A stretch of 64,000 nt of DNA from IMG/VR virus record IMGVR_UViG_3300035698_022762, positions 16,389 to 80,388 of that record; one strand, written 5' to 3'. Both the position numbers and the translations under genes were made by a program. Of this stretch, positions 55,861 through 64,000 are shown one piece after another (position 1 is the stretch's first letter; each line of letters starts with the position of its first letter). Source of the DNA: a virus. The notes below the pieces were generated by a model. That model was not told the origin of the DNA and ran no database searches. It saw only the letters and a list, made by a program, of their open reading frames with translations.

Positions 55861-58800
55861 GTTAATCTCCTTTGTAAAGAAGGGTTATTTTGTACAAAAC
55901 AACCCAATGATCTTTCTTTTTTATCCTCACTTCTTGCATTTGGTTTTCTTCTGTTCTTATCTACAAAACTACACAATTCATTAAGCCTATTTGTGTATCG
56001 TTGTTTTTTATCGAATCGATCAAATAAATTTTCACAACCTTGTTCTTTAATAATGTCACATAAATCATTATCCCATATATATTTTTCTTTTCTACTTTTC
56101 ATGTGAGCAATAAAAATTCCTAAAGTTTTTTCTAATTCATCTTTACTATTTTGTTTTGGAGTTTTTTTATGCTTATTAACAAAACTGCACGCTTCATAAC
56201 ATAATTCAATATGTCTTTGTTTAGTCCTGTCTTTATAATCATTAAACACATCTGGACTCCCAATATCTTTAACCATTTCATCTAATAAAGAATTCCACTT
56301 TTTATCTTGTTTTAATCCTTGTTTACATTGCCTAAAATCTAAAATGTATTTTGCTAACGATCTCTCTTTCATTCCACTACCATTTTGTTGTGGAACTTTT
56401 TCATAAGTTTTTATATATTCACATATCTCTCTGCACTTATCTATATCTATTTCGTCTTTGTCAATTAAATTAAACAAATTTGGATGGTTGTCTTGGCAAG
56501 CTATTTTATCTAATCCAAAACTTCTACCAAGCTTTAATTGATTCTGTTTTCTCATTTTGGCATTATATAAAAAACTAGCTAGTTTTTTCTCTTTTTTGTC
56601 TGGGCTTGTACCTAAAGGCATTCTGCCATTTTTATCTATAAAACTACATAATTCATGACATTTTTGAATAGATAGCTCTTCTTTCTTATCAAATACACCA
56701 AAATGACCACGACCTTCACATATTTTATCGTGTGCAAAACTCCAAATATTTTTACCTTGGCCTCTTTTATCTTTTTTTCTATCAATAACCCAATATGCCA
56801 AACTTTTTTCATGATTATTTTCACTATTTACGCTTGGTGTCCTGTCATTTACGTCCATAAAATCACAAAGTTCATGACATCTTTTAACAGCCACTTCTTC
56901 ATTGTCAACTGAATTGAATAAATTGGGGTATCCTCTATCATTAGCTATCTTATCTAAAATAGAATAAAATATACCCCATCCCCCACCTCCTTTAGCTGAT
57001 TTTATTTTGCTAATCCAATCATATAATGATTTTTCTTCTTTGCCTTTAAGATAACTAGGCAACCTGTCATTTGCGTCTATAAAATCACATACCTCATGGC
57101 ATCGTTTTACAGCCATTTCTTCGCTGCTGACATAAAGATCACGAATTGTTTCCCAATCTTTTTGAGAATACACACCAGACCACATATTGCAATGCTCAAG
57201 TATTTTATCAAATCCCATTTCTCGCAAAAAATTAGCGTTAATGTCTAACTCACGAAGTTCTTTAGACATAATCCGAAATATCAAAGTCTTTACAGCCATA
57301 ACAATTTCAATATATTTTGGATTACTATTAGTAACGCCATACTTGGGCAATATAAATTCAATAATATTTTTTAATTTTTCTTTAGTGAGATTTTGCGTCT
57401 TTAAAAGAATCATAGATAATTCCTTTTTTAAACTTTGATAATTATCCCCAAAAACTTCTGCTAAAGATATTTTGGAAAGGCTATAAGATTCCCCCTCTTT
57501 TTCGGAAGATGGGTCTGGAATAATTGGCAAGAAGATAGGACTAAACATCTCATTCAATTGCATAGATAGCAACAATGCATTTGTTCTATCAGATAAGAAT
57601 TCTCTCTCAGTCACATCCTTACTTGGAGAAACAAATTTCTTAACATAATAAACAACTTTTACCGAAGTTTTGCCGCCAACGATCTGTCCATCCTCTTCTA
57701 TTACAAAACGCCTGAAAGCTCGTCCTAGAGTCTGTACGGCAAGCGTAATGCTACCCTCAATAGAAGCATTATGTATTCTAGAACAAGGACACCAGTCTGT
57801 TCCTTCTCGTCCTAACATACATGACACTACAATATCGAATTTAGACTTATTTATCTCTCCAGTTTCAGAGTCAGAATCAATTTCTTTAGGATGTTTTGGC
57901 TCATTCAGTAATAATTTCTTATTTTGATTTTGCGTACTTTGTGTTACTAGATCAAGAATGTTTAATTTAGGGAAAGATTCCCGTAATTGCAAAAACAATT
58001 CTTTTACTTCATTGTCGTCTCGCCATTTATTTCCAGTAGAAGGAACAAATATAAAATGCTTTTCTTTTGGCTCAGCTTTAATATTAGATATTATTTGCTT
58101 GATTGGGTCTGTATCATATGCTTCAAACCTCATTTCGAAGTCTTTTATGCCTAAAGTCTTCCAGTGATCGCACCAATCAACGCTATATACTTTGAATTTT
58201 TTTAATATTTTCTTCGTTAATATAATGCCTCTGTCTCCCCTGTATGGAGTCGCAGTAGTAAAATGCAACCTAACAGTACGAGATTTGCTATCAAGTATAT
58301 ATTTACAAATTTGTCCTAAATTATTAGCCTCTTCCTCTAAAACTATTTTTTGAATATCAGATAAACTATCATCCTCTACATCAAATACGCCTTTAACGTG
58401 ATGAGCTTCATCGACTCTCAAAGATAAATTTTTAATTGCTAATTTCTTCTCTGCGTCTGTAAAAGCATTCCATACAATACTTAATGCTTGATGTGAACAA
58501 ACTGCATTTAATCCTGTTATTATTTCATTCCCGTATGATTGCGACAATTTTTCTGCACTATTAAGAAGCCATTTTCTTAAATTGTTTAGTATATGTTGGC
58601 TTTTTTCATCGCAGAAATTATGATGAGTTTGTATAGTCCAATTATACTTAGCTCCGTCAACCATAATTTGGATATAATCTCCCATATTGTCACCAATAAA
58701 ACCTTTACCAATATGGGATTGAGGCACAATAAATAATTGTTTTTGTGTATAATTATTTTCTACAACTTCATGAATAGCCAATGAAACTTGAAGTGTTGAT

Positions 58801-58988
58801 TTCCCCCAACCACAAGGAGCGACCAAAAGAGTTTGCTTGCTGCTTTTAAGTCTATTATAAACATCAGGTTGATTATTCCTTAATTCTTTATATTCTTTCT
58901 TTGGCCCATCCATATAGCAAGGTTTGTTATATTCTGGATTTGAACCTTTGCTTCCTAATGCACCAATAAATGTATCGTACTTCGCCAT
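55836..58988 (-). CDS. SF2 (DEAH) helicase/ATPase with six C-terminal helicase-associated (HA)-like repeats
   Basis: APCGWGKS, VDEAHH, TAT, GREGTDW and QTLGRAFR motifs; repeats CHE(V/L)C.F..N.R.P....EK.L..W. Confidence 0.85.
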   Translation of the reverse strand: MAKYDTFIGALGSKGSNPEYNKPCYMDGPKKEYKELRNNQPDVYNRLKSSKQTLLVAPCGWGKSTLQVSLAIHEVVENNYTQKQLFIVPQSHIGKGFIGDNMGDYIQIMVDGAKYNWTIQTHHNFCDEKSQHILNNLRKWLLNSAEKLSQSYGNEIITGLNAVCSHQALSIVWNAFTDAEKKLAIKNLSLRVDEAHHVKGVFDVEDDSLSDIQKIVLEEEANNLGQICKYILDSKSRTVRLHFTTATPYRGDRGIILTKKILKKFKVYSVDWCDHWKTLGIKDFEMRFEAYDTDPIKQIISNIKAEPKEKHFIFVPSTGNKWRDDNEVKELFLQLRESFPKLNILDLVTQSTQNQNKKLLLNEPKHPKEIDSDSETGEINKSKFDIVVSCMLGREGTDWCPCSRIHNASIEGSITLAVQTLGRAFRRFVIEEDGQIVGGKTSVKVVYYVKKFVSPSKDVTEREFLSDRTNALLLSMQLNEMFSPIFLPIIPDPSSEKEGESYSLSKISLAEVFGDNYQSLKKELSMILLKTQNLTKEKLKNIIEFILPKYGVTNSNPKYIEIVMAVKTLIFRIMSKELRELDINANFLREMGFDKILEHCNMWSGVYSQKDWETIRDLYVSSEEMAVKRCHEVCDFIDANDRLPSYLKGKEEKSLYDWISKIKSAKGGGGWGIFYSILDKIANDRGYPNLFNSVDNEEVAVKRCHELCDFMDVNDRTPSVNSENNHEKSLAYWVIDRKKDKRGQGKNIWSFAHDKICEGRGHFGVFDKKEELSIQKCHELCSFIDKNGRMPLGTSPDKKEKKLASFLYNAKMRKQNQLKLGRSFGLDKIACQDNHPNLFNLIDKDEIDIDKCREICEYIKTYEKVPQQNGSGMKERSLAKYILDFRQCKQGLKQDKKWNSLLDEMVKDIGSPDVFNDYKDRTKQRHIELCYEACSFVNKHKKTPKQNSKDELEKTLGIFIAHMKSRKEKYIWDNDLCDIIKEQGCENLFDRFDKKQRYTNRLNELCSFVDKNRRKPNARSEDKKERSLGCFVQNNPSLQRRLTWQLEKQH

Positions 58989-58991
58989 CAA

Positions 58992-59588
58992 CTAGCCTCT
59001 CTTATGAAAGATATATGTTCTAAGAAATGTTTTTCCAGTAGCACTATAGTCATAATTTGGTATTTCATAATCCCATTTGTCAAATTCAAATGGTGGAAGT
59101 TTTTTAGGCATATTTTTAATAATCTTGTCTTCTAAAAACTTTTTGCTACTTCTAGGATCATTAAGCAATGCATTGACAAACAAAACTGTTCCAACAGGAC
59201 ACATCATCATTGTTGGTACAACCATATTCATAATGATTCTATTATCTGCAAAACTTGTTGAATCTAAATAAACGAAAGAAGGTTTAAAACTTACACTTTC
59301 AATAACATCAACCCACTCGCCTGCATACCAACTAGCCTCTGAGTGCCATACTCTATTTTTTACAATTATATCTTCATCACGATCAACACCATGAAACTGA
59401 CTTTTCTTAATCAAACCGCTTTGAATAAGTTGGCATATTTCTGACCCATCATCTACAGGCTGCTCATTACACAGACACCAATAAGATCGATCTGGCGGTA
59501 TCTTGTCACCTACAATACTCTTGTATGCTTTAATATTTTCAGCACGAGCTTTAGACTTATACTCAGAATGTGTGTAATCTGGTTGCAT
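58992..59588 (-). CDS. Class I SAM-dependent methyltransferase-like protein
   Basis: FHGVDRD (motif II), WYAGEW (III) and FVYLD (IV); atypical motif I. Confidence 0.5.
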   Translation of the reverse strand: MQPDYTHSEYKSKARAENIKAYKSIVGDKIPPDRSYWCLCNEQPVDDGSEICQLIQSGLIKKSQFHGVDRDEDIIVKNRVWHSEASWYAGEWVDVIESVSFKPSFVYLDSTSFADNRIIMNMVVPTMMMCPVGTVLFVNALLNDPRSSKKFLEDKIIKNMPKKLPPFEFDKWDYEIPNYDYSATGKTFLRTYIFHKRG

Positions 59589-59592
59589 ACTA

Positions 59593-60231
59593 TTATCCTG
59601 CTGTCTGTTTTTCTTTTTCTAACTTTCTTTGACGACGATTTTCTGCGGAACGTTTCCCATAGATTTTAGCTGAAAACGATGACATCAAAGAAATCATATC
59701 ATCAACTAACTCTTGCTCATACGTCTTTGATCTTTTATCGCCCATATGCTCAATTACAACGCCATGAGAGTTAAAATACGATTCATAAACGCCAAAATTG
59801 AACCTCGCCAATCTGTCTTTATGCTCAACTATAACTTTGGTTATTTGTTTAGTTTCAACTAAAGTAAATAATTTTCTCAATTTAGAGCGTTTATCGTTCA
59901 TTCCAGAACCAACTTCTGATAAAGAATGAACTACATTGTACTTTTTCTTGAGACAAAAATCCAATACTCGTGATTTTTGTCTATCTAAATCACCTTTTTT
60001 CTTTTGGTCTGATGATGAAACTCTACAATATAGACAAATTTTATCTTTTACAGGAGCATCATCATGTTTAATTCCTTGAAGGTCTTCGATATCTCTAAGA
60101 CGATATCGACGATGACCGCCAGCGGTTTTAACAGCTTCAAACTTTCCTGATTCATCCCAATAACGAAGGGTATTTTGACTCACACCAAGCATTTCAGACG
60201 CTTTTTGTATATTTAACAGCCGTTCACTCAT
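59593..60231 (-). CDS. tnpA: IS607-family transposase TnpA (MerR-type HTH plus serine recombinase)
   Basis: ASEMLGVSQNTLRYWD..GGHRRY HTH; YCRVSS catalytic motif; EHKDRLARF; ELVDDM. Confidence 0.96.
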   Translation of the reverse strand: MSERLLNIQKASEMLGVSQNTLRYWDESGKFEAVKTAGGHRRYRLRDIEDLQGIKHDDAPVKDKICLYCRVSSSDQKKKGDLDRQKSRVLDFCLKKKYNVVHSLSEVGSGMNDKRSKLRKLFTLVETKQITKVIVEHKDRLARFNFGVYESYFNSHGVVIEHMGDKRSKTYEQELVDDMISLMSSFSAKIYGKRSAENRRQRKLEKEKQTAG

Positions 60232-60409
60232 TATCTCCTAATCCCATTTGTTTAAATATTTCCCACCATTGGTCGTATATTTTCTGGAACTCCTCAATAG
60301 TTGGCACTTTCTCAAGGGGTTCGTTATGCTGATACGCCGATCCGTCACTTAGTTCGAAATCGGTTTTTGTGACCTTGACCACTTTTAAACGATGTTTTGG
60401 AAAAGTCAT
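60224..60409 (-). CDS. Small hypothetical protein, first gene inside the element
   Basis: AAGGAG RBS; overlaps the tnpA start. Confidence 0.6.
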   Translation of the reverse strand: MTFPKHRLKVVKVTKTDFELSDGSAYQHNEPLEKVPTIEEFQKIYDQWWEIFKQMGLGDNE

Positions 60410-60502
60410 AATTATCATGCTCCTTATATATTCAGCATGTTAACAAAAATACCTTCATTTTTTGTAAAAATTTGTAAATTTTGTTAAATTTTTATGGAAC
60501 GG

Positions 60503-60608
60503 TCGTCAACCCTCGATATATCCAAGAACCGCCGAAACAATAGGATAGAAGTTTGCATTTTGGCAGGGTTGTTTCATTTAAAATAGAAAATAATTTGCGT
60601 TTCTTCAT
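60503..60608 (-). pseudogene. 5' part of the gene interrupted by the IS607-type element
   Basis: The ATG at 60608 or 60577 joins in frame with 53910-54478, depending on the junction model. Confidence 0.65.
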
Positions 60609-60651
60609 GTGTCAATTCTCTGTAATGATTTTAATTGTTCGACAGTGGTAT

Positions 60652-60679
60652 ATTATACCAGATAGCTCTAATCAGACAA
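60652..60679 (-). promoter_or_regulatory. Sigma70-type promoter of the interrupted gene, now facing into the element
   Basis: TTGTCT-16-TATAAT with TGn. Confidence 0.55.
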
Positions 60680-60755
60680 CTGTTTTAAATTTCACTAGCA
60701 AACGTTTTGATGCAAGTTTTTCATTAAACAATAAAAAATAAACCATATATAAAAT

Positions 60756-61589
60756 ATGAGTTTTAAACAATGGTTATTAAACGAAGTCCCTTTATCTGAT
60801 ACGCAGTTCATAGGTAAATGGGGAGATAAAGACCCCAAATATGGTTATAAAAAAAGCGATATAGGAATTCTTACGCAACCAAATATAAAAGAAAAATTGA
60901 AAAAGTCTTGGTCTAATTCCAAATATGATTTTGATCTATATTTTGTCAAAAGTTTCAAAGCAATGCAACATGTAGAATTAGGTGAAAGAAGTAAAGAATG
61001 GGTTAAGGAAAATTTAGATTTAGATTTAACTCCCAAAGAAGATCATATTACAATTATATTTACTCAAAATAAAGCAACCCCGCACATGCCAATGACCCCT
61101 TGGATAATAGCGCATAGAATAAGTCATGCTGTAAGACAAAATCGAATATTCGAAGAATACATTACAAGAGAATTGAAAAAAGATTTTTCGTTGTTGTTAA
61201 AAGACATATATGGAATTGAAGACAATTCTAGAAATCACGACTATCCCTTGAGAAACAAGTACAATAAAGACATGAAAGCCCTTGCACAAGAAATAGGGTC
61301 GTTTAGATCAGCACGTAAAAAAGAAATAAGAAACTTTTATGAATTCGCTCATGAAATGATCGCTCAATGGATTATAACAGGGAAAGTTGAGTTCAACCCT
61401 CCACCAGCTTCTTTTATCAGACAAGCAAGATTTGCTTGGGGTAATCCAGCCCACGATTACGCAAAGAAAAATATATCTGGTGAAGATTTCGAAGACATTA
61501 AATATTATGTTTCAAATATGGCTGAAAAATACGAAATGAACATTTTAAATGCGTTTTCTGGATTTGTTAACAAAATATTTGTTATGTGA
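60756..61589 (+). CDS. Protein with FxxWLxxE N-terminus and HxxxH motif (putative internal head protein)
   Basis: MSFKQWLLNE; WIIAHRISHA; CATATATAAAAT directly before the ATG. Confidence 0.6.
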   Translation: MSFKQWLLNEVPLSDTQFIGKWGDKDPKYGYKKSDIGILTQPNIKEKLKKSWSNSKYDFDLYFVKSFKAMQHVELGERSKEWVKENLDLDLTPKEDHITIIFTQNKATPHMPMTPWIIAHRISHAVRQNRIFEEYITRELKKDFSLLLKDIYGIEDNSRNHDYPLRNKYNKDMKALAQEIGSFRSARKKEIRNFYEFAHEMIAQWIITGKVEFNPPPASFIRQARFAWGNPAHDYAKKNISGEDFEDIKYYVSNMAEKYEMNILNAFSGFVNKIFVM

Positions 61590-61646
61590 AATGTTGAACC
61601 TTTACCAATAATCTAATTATGCTACAATGGTAATGGACTTTCAATT

Positions 61647-61832
61647 ATGAACATAAAAACCAATTACAAAAAACCAAAACTAGATTCTTTTAATTGTTCA
61701 GAAGAAGAAAAGAAAATAGCAGAAAAGCATACTAGAACAACTTGTTTAGATGGGATTCATGAAGCATGGTTCCAAGCATTAACAGATCAAAAACGCTTAA
61801 TGAGAAGTATCTTTCACGCAAAATTCCAATGA
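61647..61832 (+). CDS. Hypothetical protein
   Basis: 61-aa ORF with TGnTACAAT and GGA upstream. Confidence 0.4.
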   Translation: MNIKTNYKKPKLDSFNCSEEEKKIAEKHTRTTCLDGIHEAWFQALTDQKRLMRSIFHAKFQ

Positions 61833-61938
61833 GAATAAAATTCGCTGACTACCATTCTTATTGGAATTTCACTGAAAATAGTTCATTAAAGAATGATTTT
61901 ATGAAAAAACCCACAAGATCAGAAGTGGTTTTTAGATA

Positions 61939-62856
61939 TCAACTATAGAAATCTATTTTTTCCATTATAGACCTGCAATTTTCTATCATTTTATTTGGAT
62001 ATTTTTCATATTTGTCTATTTCTAAAGGCCAAAGATCAATGGTTCTTCTTTGTCCCATTATCAAAGCGTTTTCATAAAAGACAACTGATTTACCGTAATT
62101 TTTAGTATAGTAATATGTATCACCTAAAACACACCAAAATTCAGCCATTAACGGGTTGGCTGACAGACTGGACAGAGTTTTATTAATACTTTCTTGAGGT
62201 TTGTTTAAAAAATATAAATATATCATTGCAGAATAATAAGTAGTCATGACAGAAGCCATGCCTTTTTTTCTTCTAAATAGAAAATGTTCAGCCACGTTGA
62301 TATATTCTTTATATTTTTTTTGACCTAAAAGTATGCAAGATTTATAATACAAAACATCAGCATTATGACTTTCTTTCAACTCCCATTTATTTATTTTTTC
62401 AATGTCATCATCCCAATTTATTTTATTTTGAGATGAGAGTACGACATCTAATACTATTTTGGAAGAATGATCTATTGTTTCGAAAATAGGGTTTATAAAC
62501 TTTTCTTTTTTTGTAAAAATTCTTATTTCTTTTGTCAATACATTATTTGAAATTATTTGCACATTAGACACTTGTTCTTTTATGTTATCATGCCCATAAA
62601 CTATTGACTCCCAAGGATTAACACTGAAAACGAAATCTGTTTTAGCCAACAAGTTCAATTCGTTTTTCATGTCACTAATTGATTCAGAATTGTCAATATG
62701 TTCTACTTTGCATTGATATTTTTTAAACACATCTTGTTGATCGTATATTGATGCACCTATTAAAATAGGTGCATTTAGTATCGACAAAGATTCCAAACAC
62801 TTTTCTAAAAAAGGTTCAAACTTTGTTATCAGGATGCAAATTGTTAAATTTTTCAT
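61939..62856 (-). CDS. GT2-like plus TPR protein, degenerate DxD
   Basis: LTICILI..FLEKCLESL, KNELN..AKTDFVFSVNPWE (usually DADE); TPR helices (AEFWCVLGDTYY). Confidence 0.6.
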   Translation of the reverse strand: MKNLTICILITKFEPFLEKCLESLSILNAPILIGASIYDQQDVFKKYQCKVEHIDNSESISDMKNELNLLAKTDFVFSVNPWESIVYGHDNIKEQVSNVQIISNNVLTKEIRIFTKKEKFINPIFETIDHSSKIVLDVVLSSQNKINWDDDIEKINKWELKESHNADVLYYKSCILLGQKKYKEYINVAEHFLFRRKKGMASVMTTYYSAMIYLYFLNKPQESINKTLSSLSANPLMAEFWCVLGDTYYYTKNYGKSVVFYENALIMGQRRTIDLWPLEIDKYEKYPNKMIENCRSIMEKIDFYS

Positions 62857-62989
62857 TAATTAGATGTTCGAAAGCTTCGGCTTCTTTTTCTTTACCTTGT
62901 TCTTTATAATAATCAGCTAATATCTTATAAGGCTTTTTACCCCAAGGATTTTCCAATAAAAACATAAAATTTTGTATTATTTTATCCAT
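62816..62989 (-). CDS. 57-aa TPR-like small protein (not in the ORF track)
   Basis: MDKIIQNFMFLLENPWGKKPYKILADYYKEQGKEKEAEAFEHLINEKFNNLHPDNKV. Confidence 0.5.
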   Translation of the reverse strand: MDKIIQNFMFLLENPWGKKPYKILADYYKEQGKEKEAEAFEHLINEKFNNLHPDNKV

Positions 62990-63090
62990 ATAACTACACT
63001 ATATTCATAAACTGTGCTTGCTAGTATAGTTAGAAAGAGAGAAAGAATGAAAAGAATAAAACAAAGCTCTTTTTTGGAGAAAATCCCTAT

Positions 63091-63642
63091 ATGGCAAAAG
63101 CTAATGAGTACTTAAACAATAAGCAATTAGAAGAAACGATAAACCAATATCAAAGTTCTAAAAAGGATAAAGATAAATTTAAATTAATTGTAGAAGATTT
63201 AGAAGGAACAAAAAAAAGAAAATCTATTAGGAAAGTGTACACGCAAGAAGACAAAGATCATTTAAAAGAAATGCAGAGAAAGTGCAATGAATCAGAAATG
63301 GACTTTTTCACATCTAAAAACAAGTTGGCAACTAGCTTTTACACTTTATCAGAAAATTTAATTCGTTACACTAAATTCAAGCTTATTGACCCTGATGATG
63401 CTGTTCAAGAAGGCGTTATGATTTGCTTTGAAAAAGTAGGACGATTTGATAGTGAAAAAGGAAAAGCTTTTAATTACATGACAACATGTATATTCAATCA
63501 TTTTAGACAACTATACAGGTCTGCCAGAAACTACAATGAATTAAAGAAAAAGTATCATGATTATGCTCAAGTAAAATTCAGAGATAGTTTGCCCAAACAT
63601 ACCAAAGACATGTCAGCATATAGAAACAACGAAAGAGACTAA
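63091..63642 (+). CDS. gp55: Late-transcription sigma factor (T4 gp55-like)
   Basis: YLNNKQL start; DDAVQEGVMICFEKVGRFDSEKGKAFNYMTTCIFNHF region-2 pattern; no region 4. Confidence 0.75.
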   Translation: MAKANEYLNNKQLEETINQYQSSKKDKDKFKLIVEDLEGTKKRKSIRKVYTQEDKDHLKEMQRKCNESEMDFFTSKNKLATSFYTLSENLIRYTKFKLIDPDDAVQEGVMICFEKVGRFDSEKGKAFNYMTTCIFNHFRQLYRSARNYNELKKKYHDYAQVKFRDSLPKHTKDMSAYRNNERD

Positions 63643-63647
63643 AGGAA

Positions 63648-63839
63648 TTAGTCAAATGTACTATTAACTATTGCATTTTCCAATTCTTCGACAGTTTTGC
63701 GAATAGCATTCCTTGCAGCCACATACGAATCTTCTGACTTCTTTTTAGGCTGTACTTTTGTAATATACAAGCTTATATTTTTAAGTTCTCGTAAAATCTT
63801 TGTAGATTCATCGAAGCTTAGAATGGTATTATCGTTCAT
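63648..63839 (-). CDS. Hypothetical protein
   Basis: 63-aa ORF. Confidence 0.4.
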   Translation of the reverse strand: MNDNTILSFDESTKILRELKNISLYITKVQPKKKSEDSYVAARNAIRKTVEELENAIVNSTFD

Positions 63840-64000
63840 TTTACCAATTGCTAATCTTACACTTCGTTCGATTGTTTCTTTGTCTTTTTTATATGCTTTT
63901 TTTGAATCTTCTAAAGTGCCAATAATAACATTACTAGAATCAAACCTTGTTTCATTTGTAAAAACATATTTGTCTTTTATTTTTACAAATTTTATGCCGC

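Larger units (their letters stand above)
54479..60512 (-). mobile_element. IS607-family transposon with cargo (~6.0 kb)
   Basis: tnpA serine recombinase plus tnpB; GG dinucleotide at both junctions on the minus strand; imperfect terminal inverted repeats and ~10-bp TTTACAAAAA-like direct repeats; excision restores an ORF. Confidence 0.85.

Noticed and set aside
60419-60512. IStron (group I intron plus IS607) that would splice out of the interrupted gene
   Set aside because: Only ~90 AT-rich nt lie between the left end and the first ORF, too little for a group I intron core.
1-64000. Stop-codon reassignment as seen in some large phages
   Set aside because: Conserved genes are full length in code 11, and TAA, TAG and TGA all end genes at expected places.
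1-64000. tRNA or rRNA genes
   Set aside because: I saw no cloverleaf or T-loop signatures and intergenic gaps are short; tRNAscan was not run.

Overview
This AT-rich 64 kb window is part of a large T4-like (myovirus-type) bacteriophage genome. I see no host housekeeping, rRNA or tRNA genes. It carries a T4-like head module: terminase large subunit, portal with a 232-aa intein, prohead protease, scaffold and major capsid protein. It also has a gp55-like late sigma factor, a primase, a Cas4/RecB-like nuclease, PKD-domain virion proteins, several glycosyltransferase-fold genes and an actin resembling the volactin family. Two accessory islands follow the capsid gene. (1) A complete type I-E CRISPR-Cas system (cas3-cas8e-cas11-cas7-cas5-cas6e-cas1-cas2 plus a 16-repeat array) sits behind a Zn-ribbon/TnsA-like nuclease and a Hef/Mom-like GNAT gene; its leader contains a perfect 36-bp palindrome. 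(2) A ~6.0-kb IS607-type element has both ends visible, and removing it restores an interrupted phage gene. Between tnpA and an intact tnpB it carries an SAM-methyltransferase-like gene, a 1051-aa SF2 helicase with six HA-like repeats, and an unannotated 46-aa peptide made of three KAWxTRR repeats. This cargo-loaded TnpA/TnpB element is my best candidate for an undescribed system. All family assignments come from motif recognition by eye; no database search was run.
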